From the NCBI GenBank assembly GCA_965287045.1, contig OZ336893.1, forward strand, positions 3,286,001 through 3,350,000: a stretch of 64,000 nucleotides of DNA, read 5' to 3'. The stretch is from Carcharhinus amblyrhynchos (lineage: Eukaryota). A model generated the notes under the pieces. It did not search any database. It had not been told where the DNA came from and saw only the letters and a program-made list of their open reading frames with translations. The translations under genes were made by a program, and so were the position numbers. How positions within the stretch are numbered: position 1 is the first letter of the stretch; the number at the start of each line of letters is the position of its first letter. Shown piece after piece: positions 1-12,935 of this stretch.

Positions 1-68
1 AAGGTGTGGAATTTCTGATTTAGTTCATGATAGAGTTCTGAGTGACGCTTCCTTGTGTGCATGACTTT
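1..68 (-). CDS. ADGRB2: ADGRB2 (BAI2) coding exon, cytoplasmic tail, truncated by window edge
   Basis: Acceptor tttgcag| (AG at 70-69), then KVMHTRKRHSELYHELNQKFHT, matching the recalled BAI2 sequence; phase 0 fits the preceding exon. Not in the ORF track. Confidence 0.93.
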
Positions 69-163
69 CTGCAAATCAGAATGTTAAAGAATTAAATTGA
101 TGACTGAAAATCAATGAAACAATTATGAGAACTATGTTCTTACCTTTGGTATAGGTAGATTAT

Positions 164-384
164 GACGTGGAGATGCTGGCATTGGATTGGGGTGGGCACA
201 GGAAGAAGTCTCACAACACCAGGTTAAAGTCCAACAGGTTATTTGGGAGCACGAGTTTTCGGAGCACTGTCTCTTCATCAGGTGAGTCATCAGGTGACTC
301 ACTTAATGAAGGAGTAGTGCTCCGAAAGCTCATGCTACCAAATAAGCCTGTTGGACTTTAAACTGGTGTTGTGAGACTACTTAC
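164..384. mobile_element. Palindromic Penelope-like non-autonomous element with degenerate hammerhead motifs
   Basis: 12-bp TSD taggtagattat (152-163, 385-396); ~36-nt unique end followed by inverted arms; CTGATGA...GAAA on the minus strand (281-275, 260-257) and decayed TTAATGA...GAAA on plus. Confidence 0.8.
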
Positions 385-2229
385 TAGGTAGATTATAATG
401 GAGAAGTGACAATAATGGGATAATTATAAGTGAACTCACTGGGTGGAAGGCCAATTTTATACTCCCCTCCAATACTCTTCCATGATAAACAAAACCAGGA
501 GTAAAATCAGCATTCTACCCAATCTTGTCACTTCCAATGGACAGGTTAAAAATGCTCCCTTAAACTCTGGAGCTGAATCTTACTGCATCAGGCTGTGTGA
601 GAATACTCTGCCAGCAAGGACACCTCTCATTACTTGGGTTTGATATTGTACAAATGAAGATTTTAAGTGTAATGAAATTGTAAATGTTTTTAATGAACCA
701 GTTACAATTTTATTATACAGCACAGGGGAATACAATTCCATTAAACAATTTAGAACAATGCTTTAGTGATCCAGTGGATCTCTGGGGAAGTGAAGCTGTG
801 TGCTTTCCCACTGCCATGAGTGTGCAGACATTCCACTTGCAGTTTCAAAATATGAAACATGTATTATATTGGAATGAAGACCCAAGCTTGATTTTAATTC
901 CTTGTGGCATTTACTTGGGGGCCCCTGTGTAATTCACATCCATCGGCTGCCCATGATGTAACACAGCATTGCCAGTTGCAAACAGTATGCTGCAGCTACA
1001 GGATCAAACTGGCAGCACAGGGTAACAGCGCCCTAAGACATCATCATACTGACAAAAATGCACGCTTATTCAAAACCGTAGTTTTCACAATGAAAGCAAA
1101 TCCAAATTGTCACATTCTTTCCTTAATATTATTTCCCCCCCCATCATTGTTCAAACTAAAGTTCAAGGGCTTGTTTCAACAATCAAAATAATTTGTCTTG
1201 GCTTAGCCCTCAACTCAAATAAAAGTAACTCTTTTATTGGGCTCTTGGTGGCCCATTTAGATTGAAGGACACCTGGTAACATATCCCTTTCCCCTCAATC
1301 TGTCCTATTTTCCAAAATGTACTTGTTTCTCCAGTACAGGAATGGGAAATACAGACAACAGCTATGCTGCAAGCATTTTCTGAAGACTTCATCCATCATT
1401 TTTCTCCGCTCTCTCTGTCACTTATTTATATGTGTGTATCTTGAGTCTAGAAAACATAATGGAGAAGAAAAAGAGAGAGAATGAAAGTGCTTGGAAGAGA
1501 TAGAAGTGATGAGAGAAGAGGAGATAGGATGAAAGAGGCAAAAATTGGAAAAAAGGATTAGAAAGAGAATGGGCAATGGGGAAAGGAGACAAGATAGAAA
1601 TAATGAGAAGGAAAAGAGAAGAGGATGCAGAGAGAAATAACAGGAAAGAGAGACATGGGAGGAATTTTGACCTCAAGGATCCCATTGATTTAGGTGCATG
1701 TGAAAACATGCGAGTTCAACTGGAGCCATATTGGGTCTGGTAACTTGCGTGCTTAATTAGACTGCTGTAGGCTGATTGCATTCCCTTTGGAAGTGCATTG
1801 TTGTCTATTTATAGATGCTAATCACTCAATTGGTGCAATATTTAAGCTGATCGTTAAATTTAATGGCCTGTCCACAGGTTTCCAGGCTCCTTGAAAATTA
1901 TTAGTGAAAGTAAGGTGAGAACTTAAATAGCAATTGAGGACCATGATTAAACTCATAGACAGACTACACAATCTGTACTCACATCTGTTTTCGATCATCT
2001 TTGTGGGAAAAGGTTTATTCATAAGAGTTTTGCTAAGATTTATTTTCTTCACTTTAGAGGTTTTCTGAATCTTAATACAAGAGATGGTACTTTGGCTGCC
2101 TTAGACCGGAGCAACAGCAACAGGCTGCTTTTGAGAGAACTGTTTCTGGGAACACAGATGGAAGTAGTAGCATAGTGCAGTTCAGAGAAGATCTATTTGG
2201 AGCACAGTTTCCTTGACATGTTGGAATAG

Positions 2230-3080
2230 TTGAAAACATAGGAAATAGGAGCTGGACTATGCCTTTTAGCCTTTTGAGCCTGCTTCACTGTTCAACAAGA
2301 TATTTGATCATTTATCTTGACTCTACCTGGCAACATTATTCCCATATTCCTTAATTGTCTTAATACAAAGAAATCCAACACCCTGTCTTGAATATGCTCA
2401 CAACTGAACATTCAAGATAGAGAATTCCAAAAATTCACAACCCTTTGCCAGTGAAGACAGTTCTCCACAACTTGGGTCTCAGGGATTTGTCACCACATAG
2501 ACATTTTTCTAGCCTTATTTCTTTACTTATTCTGATTTTTTTTTAGTTCCTCACCCTTCTTGGACCCTTGAAGCCTCACTTTTGCAGGAATATATTTTGC
2601 ATCCTCTACCATAAAAAAGATACAAAATATGTTTAATGTTTCCTACAGTTCTTTATTCTTGCCTCTGCCTCTCAATGATCCACTTTCACTGAAGCTAATC
2701 TATTTCATTAATCGTTCCTAATATTAATCTATCACATACCTGTAGAAACATTTACAATCTATTTTCTGTCTCTTGCTAGTTTAGCTCTTCCATCCTTATC
2801 GATACCTTAGTCCTACTTTACAGAACTGTAAAATCCTTCTAATCCTCAGGTTTACCATTCTTTTTGGCAAAATTACTAGCCTCTTCCTCTGATCTATCAT
2901 TATCCCTGATTCTCCTTGTTAGCTACTTTTAACCTTTTTTTCCAGTAGAATTTTTGTGACTGTCTGTCTGCCATCAAATCTCTCAATGCAGTTTCCTGAT
3001 CTGTCTTAGCCAATTTGCTCCTCAAATTTGCATGGATTGCTCTATTTAGATTTAAGACACCAGTTTTTTCCACCTGCTCT
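2230..3080 (-). mobile_element. Old CR1 LINE fragments (3' tail plus internal pieces)
   Basis: aacataggaaataggagc...gagcctgc tail resembles the young CR1 3' end; decayed ORF2-like sequence follows; ends approximate. Confidence 0.55.
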
Positions 3081-3259
3081 TGGTCACTTGTGAAGTGTGA
3101 CTCACCAGTTGAAACCAAACTAGCATCTTACTGGTCCCATTGAAGTGTGAGTATCTGAGATGATGTATGTATGATAAGTATGAACCCTGTGATAGTGTAC
3201 CTTCAGAGGAAATTAGCTCCATTGAGAATTTATGACTGCTAGTGCAAGTGTGGAGATTC

Positions 3260-3760
3260 TGACAGAGGTGTTGGTGAGCTTTCTTAAATATAGCATCGGC
3301 ATGGAAGGACCACGACAGGTTGTCGTAACCTGAACACCCATAAACTTGAAGCTTTCAACTATTTCCACTTCATCCCCATTAATGTAGAGAGGGGCATGTT
3401 CTCCACACCACTTTCTGAAGTTGATGACCAATTCCTTCATTTTACTGACACCAAGGGAAAGATTATTGTTGTCATACCAATTCACCAGATTGCTTATCTC
3501 TTTCCCATACTCTGTCTCATCATTGTTTGAGATCTGACCCCTACAGTGGTGTCATCAGCAAACTTGAAAATTGAGTTGGAGGGGAATTTGGCCACACAGT
3601 CATAAGGGTGAGGAATACTGTAGAGGGCTGAGGACACAGCCTTGTGGGGCACCGGTACTGAGGATGATCATGGAGGCGGTGTTGTTACTTATCTTTACTA
3701 ATTGCAATCTGTGGGTCTGTGGAAGTCTAAGATTCAGTTGCAGAGGGAGGACACTCGTCC
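3260..3760 (-). mobile_element. Rex1/Babar-L2-like LINE RT fragment
   Basis: ORF pieces LSTGAPQGCVLSPL and WYDNNNLSLGVSKMKELVINFRK...VESFKFMG are typical RT C-terminal motifs of this group. Confidence 0.8.
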
Positions 3761-4239
3761 TGACGCTCGTTGTGGCACAAAGGACCACTACATTAATTGC
3801 GATGTTGGAGAGCCATTGCCTGTCTTTGATTTTGTTCAATTCACTAGGCAGTAACATAAACATATACACCGACATTTCAGGGGCAGAGTTCAGCAAGAAG
3901 ACTTAACCTTCCTTGACTGCAACTATTAGTCTTACATTGTTTTCAAGCTGTACAAGAAATATTTAGAAAGAGGTGTCCAGCCTGGTGCAGCACCATCAAA
4001 TATTATTCCATATTTCAAACTATGATCTAGAACATTATGCAGTAAAAATTAAAAAGCATGGTAATTCAGAACAACAGTATTTACTCGACCATGCCATGAT
4101 AGTCTTCATCCTACTTACTGAAAGGAATCAAGTTCACCTACATGTTGAACATATCAATCGTATTCTTCCATATTTGTAACTTATGAAAATATGGTGTGAC
4201 AACAAATCTCGGGGTAGAAACTAACCAATGTTTAAATGT

Positions 4240-4650
4240 ATCTTTACATGAGAGCTTAGAAAAAATAAGTCATTCATAGAACACCTTGCCACATCCTCTG
4301 AAATGCCCCAAAGGAATTTGCACATAATGCATTCTTCTGAGATGCTGACACTGTTACAAAGGTGAATGCAGCAGTCATTTTGTGAACAGTTAATATCCCA
4401 CACATTAGATCAATTGCCAGCAAGTCTGTTTTTGGCTTAATATTTGAGGGAAAAAGATGATCAGGGCATTGGGAGAACTCTACAATCATCTCCAATTAGT
4501 GTCATGGGATCTTTCACAATCAATTTAACCACTAGAGCAAGGGGAAAGGCTTTGCTTTAACAAATGACGAACTCCTCAATGCTGCACTGGAATGCACAAG
4601 CTTTCTGACTGAGAGACCAGAATTCTTGTAACTGAAACAAACTAACAACT
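4240..4650 (-). mobile_element. SacSINE1/Deu-domain SINE, degraded
   Basis: Similar to the copies at 4810-5250, 22170-22450, 28480-28780 and 58590-58955 (gccatgggatctttt, tgcactgga, L2-type tail). Confidence 0.6.
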
Positions 4651-4809
4651 TTACAATAAATATGATTAAAAAGAAACAAAACCTGCTCAACCTCTTCTTG
4701 CGTAATGCTCAGTTGTTTAAAGTGCCTGTGCTGTACATTGTTAAATATATCATAATCAGCTGATTCACTGGCACTTTTATTGGTTGAGTCATGAATCACA
4801 AGTGTAATA

Positions 4810-5250
4810 GAAAAGACCTAGATCTATATAGAAGTTTTCATGATCACCAGATATCCCAAAATGCCTTACAATCAACTAAGTGCTTTTGAGGCTGTAGTCA
4901 CTGTTACAAGGTAGGAAACAAGGCAGTCAATTTCCATAGAGCAAACTCTCACAAACGGCACTGTGATGATGACAAGAAAATCTCAAGAAATGCCCGTTGA
5001 GGGTTAGGTATTGGCCAGATAACGGGGTTCTTCTGTTCTTCGAAATAACGCCATGGGACGTTTTACATCCTCCCAAGCAGGCAGATGGGTCTCAGTTTAA
5101 CATTCATCCAAAAGGTGAAATTTCTAATGCAATGCTCATTCAGTGCTCACTGAAATGAGTGCCTTGATTGTAGTACTCAAGTCCTGGATTGGCAAAGTTC
5201 CATCACAAAACTTTGTGATGGAAAAGAAAGAGTTTTACTAACTGAGACAC
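4810..5250 (-). mobile_element. SacSINE1/Deu-domain SINE
   Basis: tgtagtcactgttacaaggtaggaaacaaggcagtcaattt...gccatgggacgttttacatcc matches the recalled Deu-SINE body and tail. Confidence 0.7.
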
Positions 5251-6129
5251 TGCTACAATTACCACAACTGCAAATTCTTTAATGCAATGTCCTCTTCACT
5301 TTCACTGGCTGAAATCATAGTTTAACTGAAAGGGATAATCAACTGATGATTGAAGGATTGTACTGGAACTTGCCATTTTATGGCTGCTGAAAACTTGAGG
5401 AGGGGAGCGTTAAGACTGCTCTTGTGAGGTTATGGCTATGAAGTTTGGATTCAAAGTGCCACTGGATATGGTGCTGCAAAAACTAAATGCTCTCCTGGGG
5501 GCAAGTGTGTTGTATCATCAGCCACTTTTGGCATGGGCTGCATAGCAAAATGAGAAGGGCAGTCAAACAGGTGCCAGAAGCATCTGAAGTGGTTCTATCA
5601 TGAAGTTGCACAGGTGCATTAATTGACATGATATTCAAGTACCAAATAATTCCATTGAATAACTTTCATTCACCAATCATCAAGCATCTGGCTGCTGATG
5701 CAAGAAGCCAGTGCTACTGATGCAAGTGCCAGCCAACAAGCTGCAGGTGAAGGTGTCATACTTTTTGTACTCGTGCTTAAGCAGAATTTGTCCAAAGTAT
5801 TGCGCTATGCCTCCAGAGGTGGATTTTGTCAGTTGGTGCTTATGATCAGGGAGGACAGAAGAATTTGTGACTGAGATACAGGGGCAATGGTGAAAGTAAT
5901 TACTGATCTAGAGTATGACCACAAAATTTGAGCAAAAGAAAGAACTCTCCACAGAAGACTCTCTTCACCATGAGTTTTCCCGAGAGCAGTTCTCGTACCT
6001 AAATGTAGCAAACCACAGGTACCAGTGCCTGAAATGATGCAGATTCAAAAAGGCAGTCATGAAGGTAATCTATTCTAGACAACAGTAATAGGTTATCTTT
6101 ATGCTGAAGAGCTTCAAGCAGGATGAAGG

Positions 6130-6600
6130 TATATATGACTTTGCCAGGATAGCAGGATTCTGGATGGTGCAGGATGCCATCATTTGCAAATATGTGACTC
6201 TGCTGTGTGACCCTACCAAAACCATCATTTCAGTCAATGTCCACTATTCTGGCAGCAAACGTGAGGCTTTTGTCTTGTACCAGCCTAGCCATTGTACTTG
6301 GCCCTGCTACTTGAGGCAGAGGCTGACGTATCAGAGACAAGGGCTCTCCCCACTCTTCTATATATGGCTGATGACAGCTCCCTGCCATCCACCATATGGG
6401 TAGTGTGAACATTCAGTGAGAGCCAGGAAAGCCCTCTGAAAATCATTGAAAATGCAACTGGACTCCTCAAATAATGGTTCCTCTGCTTTGACTGCCTGAA
6501 GTGAGGGTTAGGGATATGGTAGCAGGGAACCAAACAAAGTCTCAAAGCTTGTGACAGTCTGCTGTGTCCTCCATAACCTCAGTGACCATGATGAGGGCAC
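6130..6600 (+). pseudogene. Harbinger (HARBI1-like) DDE transposase fossil
   Basis: FARIAGFWMVQDAIICKYV..CDPTKTIISVNVHYSGSKREAFVL, DKG, WLMT and IIENATGLLK*WFLCFD follow the HARBI1 motif order (GFP.V.GAIDC, PGS.HD..IL, GD.GY, IE...GLLK.RF); stops and an internal deletion. Confidence 0.75.
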
Positions 6601-6769
6601 AAACAGTGAAGTCTAATCTTTCTTTTTGATAATTCATATCTGTTACTGTTTGTCACAATCATGTCTCGGATTCTTTGTAGACTATCTTCTGTCTGCCATA
6701 ATTATTGTCACAAAACGGCACAAAATTAGGATACAAGGATTGATGATATTATATCAGTTTTGTGCTCCA

Positions 6770-7085
6770 GAAATAGTTTTACTCTTAGCCAAGCTGTTCT
6801 AACATAGCTACAGTACTGGCATCTACCAGATAATATGGAAAATTGCCCAGGAATGCCATGTCCACAAACAGCAGGATAAATCCAACCCTGCCAGTTACAG
6901 GCCAATCAGTCTACTCTCAATTGTTAGCAAAGTGACTGAAGCGGTCATTGACAGTTCTGTGGCACTTACTTGACATTAGCCTGATCACTGAGTCTCAATT
7001 TGTGTCCATCAGAGCCACTCAGCTCCTGACCTCATTATAGCCTTGGTCCAAACATAGACAAAAAAATCTAAACTCAAGTGATGAG
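6770..7085 (+). mobile_element. CR1/L2-clade LINE RT fragment
   Basis: WKIAQ.CHVHKQQDKSNPASYRPISLLSIVSKV; same family as 40540-41750. Confidence 0.75.
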
Positions 7086-8860
7086 ATGCAAATGGGATTT
7101 TCCCAGCTGATAGGCGCTGCTAATGCCAGGTTTCTCGCTGGCATGGGGCACCTGGAGAATTGCCCCCAAAATATTTATTGGAACCTCTTTGATGGGAAAA
7201 AGACACATTCATGAAAGCCCATTCAAAACATGTGATGGCCTCAAATACTTAATTATTTATGAAAACAAACAGACTTCTGGATCCAGGTCCCACCTACCAA
7301 TTTGGAACCTGTGTGAGTATTCAGGCTCTAGAGTCTGGATAGTATGGCTCCTTTGTCCATAGTTTCAAAATTTAGAGAAATTGTCAATAAAACCATTAAG
7401 TAGTTGATAATCCCTTGTTAATAGGTCATGACAAGGATTATTTAGTATCTCTAATCATGTGAAGGACAAACTGAAATTAAAGTATGAGGCAAAAAGAGAG
7501 GGAAAAGAGAAAATGTTCTTCGAGCCTCATAATGAATGAGATGAAAAGACTGAAATCATTGTCAAGTACAGTACCACAAATAGTACTGCCTGATAGTCAA
7601 AACAAAATACTGTGAGTGATTCTACCATTTATGAATCAAATGTTATTTCTGGATTGTGTATACCCAAACCACTTAATATTCACAGTTACAAGACAACAAA
7701 ATGATATAGATCACATGCTTCACAGATGCTTTCTATTAATCTCAGAGGGATGCTGATTTGTGGTCTCACATAAGATTTGGGTTCCACAATACTTTTATTA
7801 GCATAGAACTCATAGCATAGAAATACATACTGATATAACTGCAGGGGTCGGTATCCCTTCACCAGATTCCCTTTATTTACAAACTCTACTCCATTCATAA
7901 AGTGCTTCTGGTACACGGTCACAGTCCAGAGTACTAGAAGACCTGACACTCCCATTTTTATATACAGATGAGACTTGCTGGTTGGCAAGCAATTCTGATG
8001 TCAATCAGGGAACTCTTTTTATTACAAAACGGTACAAACTACAGATGCAAATGTACATTACAAGTTATAAAGATTACATTTAACAATCAATTAATAACCA
8101 TGTTAATTACATTTAACTACAATGGTACAAACAAAGCACCATGATAGACAGCTGGCATGTGTTGCAAGTTGTAGACAACTCACAACAGCATATAAGCCAG
8201 CAAACTTCTGTACAAATTATTACCGATGGCTAATGCCATCTATGAGCCAATAACAGACAAGTACTACCCTTTGTTAAGAAAGGGTTCATTATATGCTATC
8301 TTTTGCAGTATATTGCCCTCTAAATACACCCCTTAAATTATAACCATCAAATAGTTTCATCACAGTATAGCAATTAACTATCAACCAAAAAAAGAATTAA
8401 ACATTAAAACTCATTTGTTACGCTCCAGGGCATCGCCTCCCAGATTTTTACCCTGCCGGGGGAGGGAGGGGGACAGCCCTCCGGATCTACTTGTATCTTA
8501 CGGATGTTCAGCCGGAGGGGGAAAACTGGAGGGGAGGATGGGGGGGTGTGCCACCCCGAACATGCTCTGTCTGGACCTTCCCTTCTGGATTTTTAGGCCG
8601 GGGTGGTGAAGCGGGGGGGTGGGGGTGGAATGGGCAGCTCTCTGGGGGACCTCAATTAGGGCACTCATACTCCAAGAGGCCAAACTCCTGAGCCTCGTTG
8701 AAATCAATACATATACAGCTCAGGAACAAGCTATTCAGCTCAACCAGTTCATGCATACACACGTTTCACTTGAACTTTCCGCCAAATTCTTTAACTCTAT
8801 CAGCATAATTATCTATTCCCTTTCTTCATGTTCTTTTTTGTTTACCTAGCTTCTTCTTAA

Positions 8861-9944
8861 GAACATAAGAACATAAGAAATAGGAGCAGGAGTAGGCCAT
8901 CCAGCCCTTCGAGCCTGCCCCGCCATTCAATAAGATCATGGCTGATCTGTCGCTGCTCAGTTCCACTTTCCCGCCCTCTCCCCATAACCCTTAATCCCCT
9001 CCCCTATCAAAAACCCATCAACCCGTGTCTTAAAAATATTTAGCGAGGCAGCCTCCACCACTTCAACGGGCAGAGAATTCCAGAGATTCACCACCCTTTG
9101 AGTGAAGAAGTTCCTCCTCAACTCTCTTCTAAACCGCCCCCCTTTTATCTTGAGGCTGTGCCCCCTAGTCCTATTGTCTTTTTTGAGCGGGAAGAGTCTT
9201 TCCACCTCTATCCTATCCATCCCATTCATCATCTTATACGTCTCAATGAGATCTCCTCTCATTCTTCTAAACTCTAACGAGTACAAGCCCAGTTTATTCA
9301 GCCTCTCCTCATAGCTCAACCCCCTCAACTCCGGTATCAGCCTAGTAAACCTCCTCTGCACTCCCTCCAAGGCCAAAATATCTTTGCGCAGGTGCGGCGC
9401 CCAAAAATGCACACAGTACTCCAGTTGCGGCCTCACCAATGCCCTATACAGCTGCAGCAAGACCTCCCTACTTTTATATTCAATCCCCTTCGCTATGAAG
9501 GCCAGCATCCCATTCGCCTTCCTGACCACCTGCTGCACCTGCAAGCTGGGTTTTTGCGACTCATGCACAAGGACCCCGAGGTCCCTCTGCACCGTCGCCT
9601 GCTGCAGGTTTTCGCCTCGTAAGTAATAGTCCTTCCTACCATTTTTCCTACCAAACTGGACCACCTCACATTTGCCAACATTAAATTCCATTTGCCATTT
9701 CCTGGCCCATTCGCCCAGCCTATCTAGATCCTTCTGCAGACTCTTCACACCCTCCGCACAATTTGCCGTTCCCCCAATCTTGGTGTCATCAGCAAATTTC
9801 GACACTCTACACTCGGTTCCCTCCTCCAGATCATCTATATAAATGGTAAAAAGCTGAGGCCCCAGCACCGACCCCTGGGGCACTCCACTAGTCACCATCC
9901 GCCAATCCGAATAGCACCCGTTGACCCCCACTCTCTGCCTCCTA
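8861..9944 (-). mobile_element. Young 5'-truncated CR1 LINE (family A, copy 1)
   Basis: Open RT/C-terminal ORF2 ([21 protein letters not shown]); (TTCTTATG)n tail; 7-bp TSD ttcttaa at 8854-8860 and 9945-9951. Confidence 0.95.
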
Positions 9945-10074
9945 TTCTTAAATGCATCTATATGAATCACTATGGTCTTCCTCACTTCCAACACTCGATG
10001 GGTAAAAAGTTTCTTCTGGATTGCCTATGTGATTTATTGGTGACTCTCAGGTTCTGATGAACTTCAGTTCTGCT

Positions 10075-12665
10075 CATTGAAATAGGTGAGGTATTAAATG
10101 AATACTTAGACTCAGTATTCACCAAAGAGAACAAACTGGTGGACGATGAACTGGGGAAGGATGTGTAGAGTTTAAGTCATGCTGAGATCAAAAAGGAGGA
10201 GGTATTGGTGTTCTTGAGGAACATTAAGATAGACAAATCCCCAGGGTCTGATGGGATATACCCCAGAATACGGAAAAAATCAAGGGATGAAATTACTGGG
10301 GCCTTGAGAGAAATTTTTGTATCCTCATTGGCTACAAGAGAGGTCCCAGAGGATTGGAGAATAGCCAATGTTATTCCTTTGTTTGAGAAGAGGAGCAAGA
10401 ATCATCCAGTTATTACAAGCTGGTGAGCTCAACGTCAGTGGAAGGGAAATTATTGAAGAGGATTCTTCGAGACAGGATTTACTCCCACTTGGAAATAAGT
10501 GGACGTATTAGCGAGAGGCAATATGTTTTGTGAAGGGGAGATCATAAGAACATAAGAACATAAGAAATAGGAGCAGGAGTAGGCCATCTAGCCCTTCGAG
10601 CCTGCCCCGCCATTCAATAAGATCATGGCTGATCTGTTGTGGCTCAGTTCCACTTTCCCGCCCTCTCCCCATAACCCTTAATCCCCTCTCTTATCAAGAA
10701 CCCATCAACCCGCTTCTTAAAAATATTTAGCGAGGCAGCCTCCACCACTTCAACGGGCAGAGAATTCCAGAGATTCACCACCCTTTGAGTGAAGAAGTTC
10801 CTCCTCAACTCCGTTCTAAACCGCCTCCCCTTTATCTTGAGGCTGTGCCCCCTAGTCCTACTGTCTTTTTTGAGCGGGAAGAGTCTCTCCACCTCTATCC
10901 TATCCATCCCATTCATCATCTTATACGTCTCAATGAGATCTCCCCTCATTCTTCTAAACTCTAACGAGTACAAGCCTAGTTTATTCAGCCTCTCCTCATA
11001 GCTCAATCCCCTCAACTCCGGTATCAGCCTAGTAAACCTCCTCTGCACTCCCTCCAGGGCCAAAATATCCTTGCGCAGGTGCGGCGCCCAAAACTGCACA
11101 CAGTACTCCAGCTGCGGCCTCACCAATGCCCTATACAGCTGCAGCAAGACCTCCCTACTTTTATATTCAATCCCCCTCGCTATGAAGGCCAGCATCCCAT
11201 TCGCCTTCCTGACCACCTGCTGCACCTGCAAGCTGGGTTTTTGCGACTCATGCACAAGGACCCCGAGGTCCCTCTGCACCGTCGCCTGCTGCATATCTCA
11301 CTACCTTGATCGAATTTTTCGAGGAAGTGACAAAGATGATTAATGAGGGTAGGGCAGTGGATGTTGACTTCAGTAAGGCCTTTGACAAGGTCCCACGTGG
11401 CAGTCTGGTGCAGAAGGCAAAGTTGCTTGGGATCAGAGGTGAACTGGTAAGGTGGATACAGAACTGGCTCGGTTATAGAAGACAGAGGGTAGCAGTGGAA
11501 GGGTGCGTTTCTGAATGGAGGGCAGTGACATGTGGTGTTCCTCAGGGATCTGTGCTGGGACCTTTGCTGTTTGTAATATATATGATTTGAAGGAAAATGT
11601 AACTGGTTTGATTAGTAAGTTCGTGGACGACACAAAAGTTGGTGGATTTGCGGATAGAGATGAGGACCATCAGAGGATACAGCAGGACATAGATCAGTTG
11701 GAGACTTGGGCGGAGAGATGGCAGATGGTTTGATTTGTAAGTTTGCAGACAACACAAAAGTTGGTGAATTTGCGGATAGAGATGAGGACCATCAGAGGAT
11801 ACAGCAGCACATAGATCAGTTGGAGACTTGGGCGGAGAGATGGCAGATGGAGTTTAATCCGGACAAATGTGAGGTAATGCATTTTGGAAGATCTAATACA
11901 GAGAGAAAACATACAGTAAATGGCAGAACCCTTAAGAGTATTGATAGGCAGAGGGATCTGGGCGTATAGGGACACAGGGCAATGAAAGTGGCAACGCAGA
12001 TTGAGAAGGTAATCAAGAAGGTCTATGGCATGCTTACCTTCATCGGCTGGGGCATTGAGTTTAAAAATTGGCAAGTCATGGTGCAGCTTTTTAAAACCTT
12101 AGTTAGGTCGCACTTGGAATATAGTGTTCAATTCTGGTTGCCACACTACCAGAAGGTTGTAGAGGCTTTGGAGAGGGTACAGAAAAGATTTACCAGGATA
12201 TTGCCTGGTATAGAGGGCATTAGCTAAGATGGGAGGTTGGAGAAACTTGGTTTGTTCTCACTGGAACGACAGAAGTTGAGGGGTGACTTGATAGAATTCT
12301 ACAAAATTGTGAGGGGTGTGGACAGAGTGGATAGTCAGAAGCTTTTTCCCAAGATGCAAGAGTTAATTACTAGGGGGCATAGGTTTAAGGTGCGAGGTAC
12401 AACGTTTAAAGGAGATGTACAAGGCAACTTTTTCTTTTACTCAGAGGGTGGTGGGTGCCTGGAACTCGCTGCCAGGGAGATAGTGGAAGTAGATACGATA
12501 GTGACATTTAACATTTGGCATCTTGATAAACATATGAATAGGATGGGAATAAAGGGATATGGCCCCCGGAAGAGTAGGAGATTTTAGATCAGTCAGGCAA
12601 CATGATCGGTGCAGGCTTGGAGGGCAGAAGGGCCTGTTCCTGTGCTGTAATTTTCTTTGTTCTTT
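10075..12665 (+). mobile_element. Older CR1 LINE ORF2, interrupted by a young CR1 insertion
   Basis: [33 protein letters not shown] and FADN with frameshifts; ends in CR1 stem-loop and ttctttgttcttt tail. Confidence 0.9.
10544..11292 (-). mobile_element. Young 5'-truncated CR1 LINE (family A, copy 2), nested in an older CR1
   Basis: Nearly identical to 8861-9605; host LINE resumes after the insertion; cata on both flanks. Confidence 0.95.
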
Positions 12666-12694
12666 CTCACAAGTTGAAAATCTCACTCTTTGTT

Positions 12695-12935
12695 TAATCT
12701 ATGAAACGTTTCAGAATCTTAAAGACCTTGATTAAGTCACCCCTCAGCCTTCTTTTTTCAACAGAAAAGACGCATAGCTTCTTCCTTCTTCCCTGATTAT
12801 TATACGTTGAAGTTCTGGTTAACTCCAAGTTGAATCTTTTATTTGCAACCTCTCCAATACCTTTATATCCTGACATAATGTGGCACCCGCAACTGTACGG
12901 GATATTCCAAGTGTGGCCTCAGAAGGTTCATGAGT
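12695..12935 (-). mobile_element. Old CR1 ORF2 3' fragment
   Basis: FSVEKRRLRGDLIKVFKILKRFID and RPHLEY-like sequence. Confidence 0.7.

Noticed and set aside
1422-1709. Hydrophobic 95-aa ORF (and similar ones at 14781-15184)
   Set aside because: Translation of purine-rich low-complexity tracts, not a membrane protein.
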